From positions 42,416-106,415 of the forward strand of contig JBBCGY010000001.1 in the NCBI GenBank assembly GCA_037200005.1: 64,000 nt of DNA, written 5' to 3'. The notes under the pieces are model-generated. The model did not search any database. It was given only the letters and a program-made list of their open reading frames with translations, and was not told the DNA's origin. Shown one piece after another: positions 46,025 to 55,270 of the stretch. Numbering within the stretch: position 1 is the first letter of the stretch; each line of letters starts with the position of its first letter. The translations under genes were made by a program, and so were the position numbers. Origin of the DNA: Alphaproteobacteria bacterium. Lineage in GTDB: Bacteria > Pseudomonadota > Alphaproteobacteria > UBA9219 > RFNS01.

Positions 46025-46639
46025 TCAGTCAGCGCGCAAACGATAGCCGAAACGCACCTTCGCCGTCGCGTTTTCGGAACATTGCCCGGCGGCGGTGCCG
46101 ATGATCGCGGTCGGGTTGGGCGGCAAAGCGGTGATTGGGGCGTCATTGATCGAAGCCGCGGCAAGTCCGCGGGAAATTTCGCCCGGTGCTGTCGCTTTCA
46201 AGACCAGCGCGGCGCAGGCGGCAGGCGGCAGATTCAGGTAATCGACGGTGTATTGGAACGCTTCGGGCGCATCGCATCCCGCCGCGCCGGTTCCCGCCAC
46301 CGTTCCGCGCGTTACCGTCACCGCCGTGCCCCAGGGGCTGGAGATGTTATTCGCCTGCAGCATTTCGCGCGGGATGAGGGGCGGATTGATCGCCGTCAGC
46401 GTCGCCGTCAAATCGCCGGTCGCGGCGATGCAGGGCCGCTCCTGGTAATAAGTGCGGATATTCTTGTTGATAACGAGGAGTTGCTCGCCGGTCTGCTGAA
46501 GTTTTACCGAATCGCGCGTGCTGACGATCACCAGCCATACGCCGCCGAGAATTACGCCCGCGACCCCGAACACGATGGCAAGCTCGATGAGCGTCACCCC
46601 GGCGCAGAACTTTCTGGCTCTTAATCGATGCTGTTTCAT
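46025..46639 (-). CDS. type IV(b) pilin-like protein, paralog 3 of 3 (204 aa)
   Basis: Class III signal: MKQHRLRARKFCAG/VTLIELAIVFGVAG. Conserved NLPxxxC and C-terminal C...F.Y.L blocks are shared with the two upstream pilins. ATGA coupling. Confidence 0.75.
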   Translation of the reverse strand: MKQHRLRARKFCAGVTLIELAIVFGVAGVILGGVWLVIVSTRDSVKLQQTGEQLLVINKNIRTYYQERPCIAATGDLTATLTAINPPLIPREMLQANNISSPWGTAVTVTRGTVAGTGAAGCDAPEAFQYTVDYLNLPPAACAALVLKATAPGEISRGLAAASINDAPITALPPNPTAIIGTAAGQCSENATAKVRFGYRLRAD

Positions 46640-47304
46640 GACGGATTCAGCCTGAAGGCAAAATAAAGACGGTTGGCATTGGCGCTGGTGCAACTGGCGG
46701 CGAGCCAGGTAGGCGTAGGCGGCATAGGAGTGGCAATCGCGCCGGGAATGGCGGCGTCTCCCGTATCGACGCCGATACCGACCAAACCGACCTGATCCAT
46801 GACCCCCAACAATTTAGTGCCCAGATCGATGCATGCGGCTTGCGGCAGATTGCGCAGCATAATCGTAATGCCATAGCGGGGATTCACGTTGCCGAAGGCA
46901 TTGGCGACGGGGGAAGCGGACACGCAAATCGTACCGTCGCCGCAAATCGATCCCGCGCCGTCGGAACTCCAGGGATGGGCGAAATAGCAGGGCGCTCCCA
47001 GACCGCAAGTCTTCGGATCGGCATCGGGCGTCAATTTGGTTTCGGCGGGAAATACATCTTTCCTCGCGACCCTTTGCGTGAAAAGAATATAGTCCTCATC
47101 CGGCAAGATCGCCGCATTCGTATAAGCGTCGCGGACATTTTCCACGATCTGCTGCAATTGATCGACGGCGCGGTTGATGTTGTGATGATGGGCCACGGCG
47201 CGCGCGCCGAGCCATATGGCGCCCGCCAGCATGCCCGCCACGCCCAGCACGATCGCAAGCTCGATAAGGTTGAACCCGCGCTGTCGATGCGGCATGCGGC
47301 GCAT
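46636..47304 (-). CDS. type IV(b) pilin-like protein, paralog 2 of 3 (222 aa)
   Basis: MRRMPHRQRG/FNLIELAIVLGVAG prepilin N-terminus. Confidence 0.75.
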   Translation of the reverse strand: MRRMPHRQRGFNLIELAIVLGVAGMLAGAIWLGARAVAHHHNINRAVDQLQQIVENVRDAYTNAAILPDEDYILFTQRVARKDVFPAETKLTPDADPKTCGLGAPCYFAHPWSSDGAGSICGDGTICVSASPVANAFGNVNPRYGITIMLRNLPQAACIDLGTKLLGVMDQVGLVGIGVDTGDAAIPGAIATPMPPTPTWLAASCTSANANRLYFAFRLNPS

Positions 47305-47325
47305 TGTCCGTTCTCCATTCCCTGA

Positions 47326-48003
47326 TTACCGCAGCATAAACGCCCATTCCAGCGTCACCAGACCGCCCGCCGCCGCATTCTGGCATTCCGTGACCGCCTG
47401 CGTCGGATTAACCGGCAGGCTGGTCCCATTCGCCCACACCGTTCCCGCCGCCGTATAGGCCGTCCCGGCAGGGCCGCCGAATAGAACCGCCCGCAGCATC
47501 ATTTTCTGATCCGGCGCGGAGATGCGCGACGCGAGCGCGATACAAACGTCAACCGGCAAATTGGCATAACGCACGCCAAAACTTGTTTCGCCCGGCGCGG
47601 CGGCGGCGGCCGTATTCAGATCCTTGTCCATCGGCTCGACGACAACCGCTCCCCAATCATTGGCGGGCGGAGTGCCGGGCACGCCGCCGATCATGTCGCT
47701 CGGAAAAGCGCCCTGGCAGCTCAATTTGGCCGTCAAATCCGCAGGATTGCAGCCGCCAATCGGGCTGTTGTCATGATAAATTCCCCGCTGGCTGGTATAA
47801 ATGCCGCGCACATTGGCGACAATTTCGAACAGCTGTTCGCCCGCCTTGTTGATGGAAGTGGAGCGGCTCACCCGGCCCGCCGCGAACATAATCCCGGCGA
47901 CGACCATTCCAGCGACGCCCAGCACGATGGCGGCCTCGACCAAAGAGAAGCCGGAGAATGAGCGGCCCCGCCTTCTGTTTTTTTCTCTCCGGCTAAAATC
48001 CAC
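47326..48003 (-). CDS. type IV(b) pilin-like protein, paralog 1 of 3 (225 aa)
   Basis: GRSFSG/FSLVEAAIVLGVAG prepilin N-terminus. GTG start overlaps the pilR-like stop by 11 nt. Confidence 0.7.
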   Translation of the reverse strand: MDFSRREKNRRRGRSFSGFSLVEAAIVLGVAGMVVAGIMFAAGRVSRSTSINKAGEQLFEIVANVRGIYTSQRGIYHDNSPIGGCNPADLTAKLSCQGAFPSDMIGGVPGTPPANDWGAVVVEPMDKDLNTAAAAAPGETSFGVRYANLPVDVCIALASRISAPDQKMMLRAVLFGGPAGTAYTAAGTVWANGTSLPVNPTQAVTECQNAAAGGLVTLEWAFMLR

Positions 48004-49084
48004 TGCCGCCGCCCTTGCTCGAGTCGCTGATGACCACGGTGATATGCAGGATCGAGCTCATGGCGAAGGCGATGACGGTGCCGACCACGGCGAGGCCGAT
48101 ATTCCGCACCACCACCGACTGCGCCTTAAGCTCGTCGATCTGCTCCCTGATCCATTCCTGGGTCACTTCCTCGATCACCGAGCCGATATCGCCGCGCTCG
48201 GAGAGAATTTCCATGTCGAGCGCGACCTGCGGATCGGGGAAACCGTAATTGCCCTGGCGCAGCGCCTCGCCGAGATTCTTGCCCTGCAGCACCGCTTCGA
48301 CTGCCGACGCGATCCGCTCCTTGATCCAGGGATTGCCCTGCTGTTCCAGGATTTCCAGCGCGCGGCGCAGCGGCACCTGCGCGCCCATGAGCGCCGAAAG
48401 GCCGAGCATGAAGCCGCTGCCCTGCCAGATGCGGAACCACGACCAGGGCGGATATTTATCGAACTTCGCCCGCGTCTTGCCCCTCCAGAACGGCATCGTG
48501 ACCGAAGTGATGACGGCGAGCGTGCCGATCGACAAAAGAATGGCGATGCCCCATTTCATGATGAAATCCGACACGTCGGCGAGCGGCCCGATCGATTCCA
48601 GCACCGCTTTCGGCGCGTTCTTGCGCATATTCTGGATCAGGTTGACGCCGAACATCCACAAGACGCCAGAAATCAGGATGATCATGAAGGCGGGATAGGT
48701 GATCGCCTGCATGACGGCGGTGCGCATTTCCTTGGCGCTCTCGCCCATCATCATGATGGAACGCAGCGACTTCGCCACGGTGCCCGATTCTTCCCCGGCG
48801 CGGAGCATGTATAATTCCGCCGACGGCACCCATCCGGCCATCGCCTGCGAAAGCGAATCTCCCGCCCGGTCGCGCTGCAGCCATTCGCGCAGCGCCATCG
48901 CCGCGGGGCGATTCGGGTATTTGCCCATCTCGCTGGAATTGTACCAAAGCCGCTCCAAGGCGCGCGACAGCGCCTCGTTCATCGCCAGCATGCCCTGAAG
49001 CTTGCGATAGACGCGAAAGCGCATCTTCGTGTTGCTGCGGAATTTCCACATGGCGTAGGAGCGTGAGAACTCTGCGCTATTCAT
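47993..49084 (-). CDS. pilR: GspF/PilC-family pilus platform protein (R64 PilR-like)
   Basis: GspF-like repeats (LSQAMAGWVPSAELYMLRAGEESG; LGEALRQGNYGFPDPQVALDMEILSERG) with three TM segments. The start at 49084 (ATGA coupling) or 49090 is ambiguous. Confidence 0.75.
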   Translation of the reverse strand: MNSAEFSRSYAMWKFRSNTKMRFRVYRKLQGMLAMNEALSRALERLWYNSSEMGKYPNRPAAMALREWLQRDRAGDSLSQAMAGWVPSAELYMLRAGEESGTVAKSLRSIMMMGESAKEMRTAVMQAITYPAFMIILISGVLWMFGVNLIQNMRKNAPKAVLESIGPLADVSDFIMKWGIAILLSIGTLAVITSVTMPFWRGKTRAKFDKYPPWSWFRIWQGSGFMLGLSALMGAQVPLRRALEILEQQGNPWIKERIASAVEAVLQGKNLGEALRQGNYGFPDPQVALDMEILSERGDIGSVIEEVTQEWIREQIDELKAQSVVVRNIGLAVVGTVIAFAMSSILHITVVISDSSKGGGSGF

Positions 49085-51009
49085 CGCCATACACCGAGGC
49101 GCTGCTCGACTTCGGCGATCTCGCGTTCGCGGGCGAGCGGCCCGACCTCGACTTCGGCGTCGGCGGGAGAAACTTCGCCGCGGCGGATTTTTTCGAGAGC
49201 GTGCCAGGCCATCGTGATGCCATTCAGCCCATGGGGCGAAAGCCAGTATTCCTCGGCCTCGATGATCTTGCCCTCCTGGAGCAGATTCATCAGCTTGATA
49301 TCGGTTTCCGCTACCTCGGCGCAAACTGTGCGCCCGCTGCGCCCCTTGAAGCATTTCGGGCAGCCGTCGGGATTGGCGACGTAAATCTGGCTCATGTCAG
49401 GCTCCTCGATCCGGTCGAGGGCGGGCTGTCCCGGATCGGCCTTCATGCGGCGCGCGATCATCAGCGCGAGGCCGGTCCGCACCCGGCGCGCGAGGTCTTC
49501 GTAATCCGGCCCGAACTGCTTGGGCGCTTCCTTGATCGGAACGCGGCAAGAGGGGCACAGGCCCTTGAGCAGCCTTTGGCAGAACATGCCGCACAGCAGA
49601 TGCGGATCATAAATCAGATAAGGCTCGATGCCGAGATCGAGCAGGCGGCGCGGCACGGCGATCGCCGAATAGACGTGCAGCGTCGTGTAAATCTGCCGCC
49701 CGGAAAGCGCCAGGCGGAAGGCGAATTTGGCGGTCTGGATGTCGCGGATTTCGCCGAGCATGACGATGTCGGGATCGAGGCGCAGGGCGCTGCGCATCAC
49801 TTCCGAAAAGCTTTTCTCGCGCTGCTCTTCCTTGACTGACGCGGACACGCCGATCTGGCTCGCGCCCATCACGCCGCCTTCCGGCGGGTCTTCGATCAGA
49901 TAGCATTTGCGGTCGAAATTGGTTTCCACCATGCGCCGGTTGAGCATCACGCGCAGCGTCGTGGTCTTGCCTTGGTTCACCGGGCCGGAAAATATCCGCA
50001 TGCCGCCGGGCAGGCTGCGCAGGAAGCGCACCGTCTTGAGCTGTTCCTGGGAAAAGCCGATCGAATCGACATCCGCCATGGCGAAATTCTCGCCGAACAG
50101 ATGCGCCGAGTCATATTGCAGGCGCATATTGAGATAGCGCCCCCCGTCCGACAGCGGCACCCACTGGCAGCGCATCGACGGCACGCCGATCGGAAGCTGG
50201 ACGGATTCCTGACCGCCGGTTCCGGCCAGCATCGCCGCCTGCGGCTCGAGCCAGTTGGCGGTCGCGCCCGACTGGCCGATCGAATGCGAATAGACGGCGG
50301 ACAGAACCTGCTCGCCTTCGCGCTGAGTCCAGGTTTCCCACAGGCGCAGCGCGCCATCGACGCGGAACTCCACCTTGGCGCGGCCGCCCGCCGCCTCGAT
50401 GTGAATGTCGTTGGCGCCCATGTCGGCGGCCTGCTGGATCATCTCGACGATCTTGCGCCTGACGGCATTGTCGTCGAGGCGAACCATCGCCGCCTGGCGC
50501 TCGGCATAGGCATAGGCCTGCTGCACGATATTCGGGGTGACGTAATGCGGCTCGTCGACTTTATAGCCTTGCCGCCGCGCCTGCAGCGCCACCGAAGTGA
50601 CGAGCGGCGAATTGCGGTGCGCGGCGCTGACCAGCCACATGCCGTTATCGAACAGCGCGCAGAAATTGCGCGACTCGGCAGTGATTTTGAGCGTGCTGCC
50701 CTCGACGGTCAGCACCAGGCCGGTGAATTTCAGCGCCCCGGACAGCGCCATCGAGCGCTCGTCAACGATCTTGATCTGCTGCTGCGCCGCAATGGCGGTT
50801 TTGGCCGCGTTATCCGCGCCCGAGGACGCCGCCTTGCCCTGCGCGGACGGCGCTTGATCGGGGGATGGCGGGGCTTCCGGCGGAGGGGACGGCGGCGCAA
50901 CGGCTCCCTTGGCCGGCGCGGTCAGCTCTCCGGACTTCGGCGCTGGTTTCGACGCCTCCGGTGCCTTATTGATAAGTTTGCGGGTGCGGTCGGCGAGATC
51001 GGACAGCAT
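49081..51009 (-). CDS. pilQ: GspE/PilB-family secretion ATPase (R64 PilQ-like) with Pro/Ala-rich N-terminal extension
   Basis: Walker A GPVNQGKT, Walker B/Asp box DIVMLGEIRD, His box TTLHV. Tetracysteine CPSC...CPKC. Confidence 0.85.
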   Translation of the reverse strand: MLSDLADRTRKLINKAPEASKPAPKSGELTAPAKGAVAPPSPPPEAPPSPDQAPSAQGKAASSGADNAAKTAIAAQQQIKIVDERSMALSGALKFTGLVLTVEGSTLKITAESRNFCALFDNGMWLVSAAHRNSPLVTSVALQARRQGYKVDEPHYVTPNIVQQAYAYAERQAAMVRLDDNAVRRKIVEMIQQAADMGANDIHIEAAGGRAKVEFRVDGALRLWETWTQREGEQVLSAVYSHSIGQSGATANWLEPQAAMLAGTGGQESVQLPIGVPSMRCQWVPLSDGGRYLNMRLQYDSAHLFGENFAMADVDSIGFSQEQLKTVRFLRSLPGGMRIFSGPVNQGKTTTLRVMLNRRMVETNFDRKCYLIEDPPEGGVMGASQIGVSASVKEEQREKSFSEVMRSALRLDPDIVMLGEIRDIQTAKFAFRLALSGRQIYTTLHVYSAIAVPRRLLDLGIEPYLIYDPHLLCGMFCQRLLKGLCPSCRVPIKEAPKQFGPDYEDLARRVRTGLALMIARRMKADPGQPALDRIEEPDMSQIYVANPDGCPKCFKGRSGRTVCAEVAETDIKLMNLLQEGKIIEAEEYWLSPHGLNGITMAWHALEKIRRGEVSPADAEVEVGPLAREREIAEVEQRLGVWR

Positions 51010-51015
51010 AATATC

Positions 51016-51855
51016 TCACGGCGCCCCGCGCCCATGGCTTAAAGCGCCGGCATTGTCGATGCGAAGGCTGTGCTCGTTTTTATCGCCCGGAGATTTAAGT
51101 TGAACCGTCGTGGCGTCGATGAGCTGGACTTCGGTGCCATCGGCGAGCTTGTCGCCGGCGCGCACATTGATCGTCTTGCCGTCCTGCGCAGAATCCAGAT
51201 CGGCGCTGTATCTTCCGCCGGCGCCGACGATCTTGTGCACTTCATAATCCGCGGGCGAAACGGCCGATGGCGTCCGGCGCGGCGCGGAAGCCGAGGCAAG
51301 CTCGGTCACCGGCACGGCCAGAGAGGCCTTTTGCATTCCCCTGGGCATTTTCGTGACGCCGGAGGGCAGCATGGCGCCGACTTCGCTCGCCATGTCGTCC
51401 CCGCCCTCGCGCTTGGCGCGAGCTTTTTCGAGATCATGCATTTTCTGCTCGAGTTCCAGCAGAAGATCGAGGCGCGCCAGCGCTGCGCGCGCCTGATTCA
51501 TGTCTTCGAGGCTGAGATCGATTTTTCCCGTCTCGAGCTTTTTCATCACGCTTTTAACCTGATCGGGAATTTCCTTGTCTTCGCCGGTCCCATCAGTCGC
51601 ACTAGCCGAAGCGGCTTTGGTTTCCTCGGTCGTCCCTACTCCCGGGCCGCCGGGAGGATGGGCGAGATTGATTCCGCCGCCGGGCTGTCCCGCCTGCGCG
51701 GGGATCGATGGCGCGGCCGATGATGCGGCGCCCGTCATGGCAGCGGTATGGGCGACGGCGAGATCGGTTACGGTCGTTTGGGCAAAAGCCATGGAAGACG
51801 CGGCGCCGAGGGCCAGCACAAAGGCCGGAAACCAAGATCTAAAGGCAATTCTCAT
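51016..51855 (-). CDS. pilP: PilP-like type IVb pilus biogenesis protein
   Basis: SD AGGAG. Signal peptide MRIAFRSWFPAFVLALGAASSMAFA. The C-terminal block YEVHKIVGAGGRYSADL...VRAGDKLADGTEVQLIDATTVQL fits the PilP family pattern. Confidence 0.6.
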   Translation of the reverse strand: MRIAFRSWFPAFVLALGAASSMAFAQTTVTDLAVAHTAAMTGAASSAAPSIPAQAGQPGGGINLAHPPGGPGVGTTEETKAASASATDGTGEDKEIPDQVKSVMKKLETGKIDLSLEDMNQARAALARLDLLLELEQKMHDLEKARAKREGGDDMASEVGAMLPSGVTKMPRGMQKASLAVPVTELASASAPRRTPSAVSPADYEVHKIVGAGGRYSADLDSAQDGKTINVRAGDKLADGTEVQLIDATTVQLKSPGDKNEHSLRIDNAGALSHGRGAP

Positions 51856-52129
51856 CCTACACTCCTTCGACCAGCCAGGGATCGTCCGATCGGTCAAACT
51901 TCTGATAAAGCCCCCAGGATCGGAGGCCCCATACCTAATCTGGGAAGTCGGTTCATCATCGGCGAATAGGGTTAAGTTCCCGTAAACATAGGCTTTATGA
52001 ACCTCGTGCCATTAACGAATGGTTATCGCCCTGCGGCAAGGCGTCAGTTTTGAAATCGGGCATGGAGGGGGATTGGCCTTCATGTCGGCCTAGACGCGGC
52101 GCGGCGCGGCGGCAGGGCGACAAAAAGCG

Positions 52130-53386
52130 TTATTTTCTGTTTTCGTAGATCACGCCGCTGATCTGCCAGCTTCCGCTCTGCGAGACGATGCTGTTGATGA
52201 TAACGCCGGGAACGCCGCCGAAATATTGCGGCAATTCGCCTGGTAAATCGGTAACCTTCAGCGTGAATCCGCGCTTGATCCAGGGCGTAGGCGGCGGATT
52301 CCAGTCTTCCGGCCGCACATTTTCCGGTTTCGGCGGCGGCGGATCGTCAGGCAGGCGCGAAATCGTGCCGTTCCAGTTCTGCGCCAGATAGCGTTTGGTG
52401 ATTTCCGCCGGATCGATCAAATCCTGGGGGCCGCGATTTTTCAGGCCCTCGATCGGCACGCCGCGCGAAGCGTTCGACCCCGATGGATCGATGGAGGCAT
52501 CGGCAAGGGGCTGAGTGTAGCCGACGATGCGGGTCCATGACAGCGACAGGCCGCCCTTCGCGCAACTTAATGTGCTAAGATTCCATCCCAGCCTCGCCTG
52601 CGGCACCTTGTCCAGCGCGACGCGGCACGCCTCTATCAATTCCAGAGGATGAGGCTCATCCTCCCAGAACCGCTTCGGCGGCGGATACGCGATCTGAATC
52701 GGACCGCCGAGACCCGCCGCTTTCATTTCGATCGCACGCTTCTGGGCCTCGATCCTGATCAATTCCCTTTGCGCTTCCTGCGCTTTTTCTTCCTGGTATT
52801 GGTAATACCAGAATCCCGCGATACCCAATACGACGACGAGCGCCGTGACGGCCACGCCGATAAGGATCGCGCGCGGTATCTTGACCGGCTGCAAGGGGCA
52901 GTCGCCGCGATTTTGCAGCACGAAGGGAAGCGCGACCGTTTCCGAAGCGGGAATCGACCATGCTTCAGGAGCATAGATGCGCTGCAGGCCGCCAAGCGTG
53001 ACTTCCTGGATAAGACGGTCGCGGGCGCTGGCGTCATCGAGATATATCTGGTCACCGTCCGGCGCGATCAAATCGTCGCGCACCACGATGACCACGATGC
53101 CTTCGCTTAACTTGAAGGCGCCCGCCCATGAACCCGGCAGCCGGTTGGCAAGCGACGCGGCCAAGGTCGCCATGCCGAGCTTGTGGCCGGATTGCTGAAG
53201 CCCCAGACCGAACTGGGCGACGCGGCCGCCCTTGACGCCGGGACGCACCGCAAAAAAGTCGGCGTGCTGGCCCGGCTGGCGCGCCGCCTCTTTAGCCGCT
53301 TGCGCGACACGGCCGCTCGGCGAAGGCTGCCAATAGAGGCCGACCGCGTATTTGCGCCGTCCGACTGTCGCGACGCCAGATCCCAT
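52130..53386 (-). CDS. pilO: PilO-like (PilO2-type) type IVb pilus biogenesis protein
   Basis: The N-terminus YAVGLYWQP... and a single mid-protein TM (ILIGVAVTALVVVLGIAGFWYY). Its position lies between the secretin and PilP. Confidence 0.6.
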   Translation of the reverse strand: MGSGVATVGRRKYAVGLYWQPSPSGRVAQAAKEAARQPGQHADFFAVRPGVKGGRVAQFGLGLQQSGHKLGMATLAASLANRLPGSWAGAFKLSEGIVVIVVRDDLIAPDGDQIYLDDASARDRLIQEVTLGGLQRIYAPEAWSIPASETVALPFVLQNRGDCPLQPVKIPRAILIGVAVTALVVVLGIAGFWYYQYQEEKAQEAQRELIRIEAQKRAIEMKAAGLGGPIQIAYPPPKRFWEDEPHPLELIEACRVALDKVPQARLGWNLSTLSCAKGGLSLSWTRIVGYTQPLADASIDPSGSNASRGVPIEGLKNRGPQDLIDPAEITKRYLAQNWNGTISRLPDDPPPPKPENVRPEDWNPPPTPWIKRGFTLKVTDLPGELPQYFGGVPGVIINSIVSQSGSWQISGVIYENRK

Positions 53387-53388
53387 TA

Positions 53389-53651
53389 GGGTCCAACCTT
53401 AATTAGAATGGGGTTTCGCGCAGGCGAAAAAGCCGCCCGGCTACGAAAAGACAGAAGCAGGTATCGGCGACTACCTGCGAGGTCTTTGAGAACGCCGGTC
53501 GGCTTTTTCGCCGCGCCCCTTGGGTATGCAAAAGAAGGCCGATCTGCGTTGTCGGCTTCGCTCGCCGTAGATTGACTACGGCTTCGCTCGCCTCCTAGCA
53601 TCTCAGCCTTCTTTTGCATACGAAACTCCCATTCTAATTAAGGTTGGACCC
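53389..53651. mobile_element. MITE-like non-autonomous element (263 bp) with TA target duplication
   Basis: The terminal inverted repeats (TIRs) GGGTCCAACCTTAATTAGAATGGG / CCCATTCTAATTAAGGTTGGACCC match over 26 nt counting the flanking TA, and over 32/33 with one gap. TA flanks the element at 53387-88 and 53652-53. Nested internal IRs: 53423-35/53500-12 and 53524-39/53606-21. There is no coding capacity. Confidence 0.75.
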
Positions 53652-55219
53652 TAGGGCTGCTCCGCCGAGGGAACGTCCAGCTCCTGCGGCGTAATGGCGA
53701 TAAGGAGAAGCTGTTTCGTCTTGGAATTGCCGATGCCGCCGCCGAGGAGATAATTATAGGGATTGATGGTTCCCGAGGCCGCTTGGCTGGTTTGATCCTG
53801 GCCGTAACCGGCAAGCACGAGCGTGGAACCGCTGCGCAGCAGGGATTGCTGCACGAAAACCCGGCTCGTGGTTTCCGGCAGCTGCACGCTGCTGGTCCCG
53901 GAGGTGAAGGCGGTGATTCGGACCAGATCGATCAGGTTCAGCGAATATTGCATGAGCACGCGTCCGTCGGCCAGCAGGCGCGGCGTCAGCTGGATCGAAA
54001 AACCTTCGCGCAGCGTGCCGGGCGTCAGCGTCGTGGTCGTCGTGCCGCTGGTTCCGGTCGTCGTCGTGGAGGACGAAGCCAGATAGGCGATATCGCGTCC
54101 GACCCGGCGCGTAATGGTGCGCCCGTTCAGCGTCGTCATCGGGAATTGCGCGACCCGCACATTATGCGAGATCTTCGATATCGCCCGCAGAACCGAGTCC
54201 GCCGACACATTGGCGTTGTCGATGATGCCGATGGTCAGATTGCTGAAATCCGCCACGTTGGTCGCGAAAGCGGGCGCGGCGACGCCGGCGAAGGTGAAGG
54301 GCTTGATGGTCTTCAGCGCCGCCGTGAGCTGGTTGTTGAAATCGTCCTCGTTATCGATCTCGGCGGTGTAAATTTCGACATTGATGGCAAGCTGGCGGAC
54401 AAGCCGCTTGTTTTCCTCGGCGACATAATGCGCTATGCTCTTCATGATTTCAGGCGTCGTCGTCACGGTGATGGTGCCGACCGCGGGCGAAATCACCGCC
54501 GTGCCGGTGCCGCCGAGAATGGAATTCACGGTATTGCCGATCTCGGCCCACATATCGATATCGGCCTTCATTTCGATTTCTTGCTTCAGGCTGTTCGAGC
54601 CGGCTTCCGTGGGGATGGAATCCTCAAATTTGCCCTTGCCGGCCATGACCTCGACCAGAAATACGCGCGTCTCGTAACGGCTGAAAAGAATCGCGCTGCC
54701 GTCATAGCGCCAGTCGACGCCGAACCGCGAACTGGCGTGATCCAGAAGCCCGGAAAGCGGCCCCTCATAAGCGACGCTCATCGTATCGCCGGCATCGGCC
54801 ACGGGAGCGCCCGCGCCGCGGGCGACGACGGGCACTGCCGCGGAAGCGGAAGGGCCGGCCGGAACGCCGGGTCCCAGACGGACCGGAATGCCGGTTTGGC
54901 TGGAAAGCGTCGAGGCGATATCGCCCAGCGACTGCGGCGTGCGCGCGACGAACGTCACGCCCTTCGCCGTCTCATATTTTTCGGGAAGCGGCAGCCCTCT
55001 ATGCAAGCGCACCGCCTGGCTTCCCACCCAAAGCCGGTCGGTCACGACGAGCGGATTGCTTTTGAAGGGAGGCAGGGGCTGCTGGGCGCGGACGAGATTT
55101 TGTTCGACTTGCTGCGCCTTCTGTTCGATTTCCTCGCGTACCGCGCCCGTATCACAAGCGGCGACGGCACAAACAACCGCTACTAAGAACAGGTTCCGCA
55201 GTTTCATCATTCTTTCCAT
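53651..55219 (-). CDS. pilN: type IVb pilus secretin lipoprotein (R64 PilN family)
   Basis: Lipoprotein signal LVAVVCAVAAC. The C-terminal region is secretin-like (LVLAGYGQDQ...). Its position is in pil synteny. Confidence 0.7.
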   Translation of the reverse strand: MERMMKLRNLFLVAVVCAVAACDTGAVREEIEQKAQQVEQNLVRAQQPLPPFKSNPLVVTDRLWVGSQAVRLHRGLPLPEKYETAKGVTFVARTPQSLGDIASTLSSQTGIPVRLGPGVPAGPSASAAVPVVARGAGAPVADAGDTMSVAYEGPLSGLLDHASSRFGVDWRYDGSAILFSRYETRVFLVEVMAGKGKFEDSIPTEAGSNSLKQEIEMKADIDMWAEIGNTVNSILGGTGTAVISPAVGTITVTTTPEIMKSIAHYVAEENKRLVRQLAINVEIYTAEIDNEDDFNNQLTAALKTIKPFTFAGVAAPAFATNVADFSNLTIGIIDNANVSADSVLRAISKISHNVRVAQFPMTTLNGRTITRRVGRDIAYLASSSTTTTGTSGTTTTTLTPGTLREGFSIQLTPRLLADGRVLMQYSLNLIDLVRITAFTSGTSSVQLPETTSRVFVQQSLLRSGSTLVLAGYGQDQTSQAASGTINPYNYLLGGGIGNSKTKQLLLIAITPQELDVPSAEQP

Positions 55220-55270
55220 CCAAGGCTAATTGAGGCGCGAACCTTATGACTTAATTGTTAACATTGGCTT

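Noticed and set aside
46025-48003. A shufflon-type DNA inversion system downstream of the pilins.
   Set aside because: No rci-like recombinase, no partial pilV-like segments and no repeated short inverted sites were seen. The three genes are complete and tandem.
53386-53619. A 77-aa ORF on the minus strand inside the pilN-pilO spacer.
   Set aside because: It lies entirely within the MITE-like element and its hairpin arms. The composition is R/S/A-rich with no SD.
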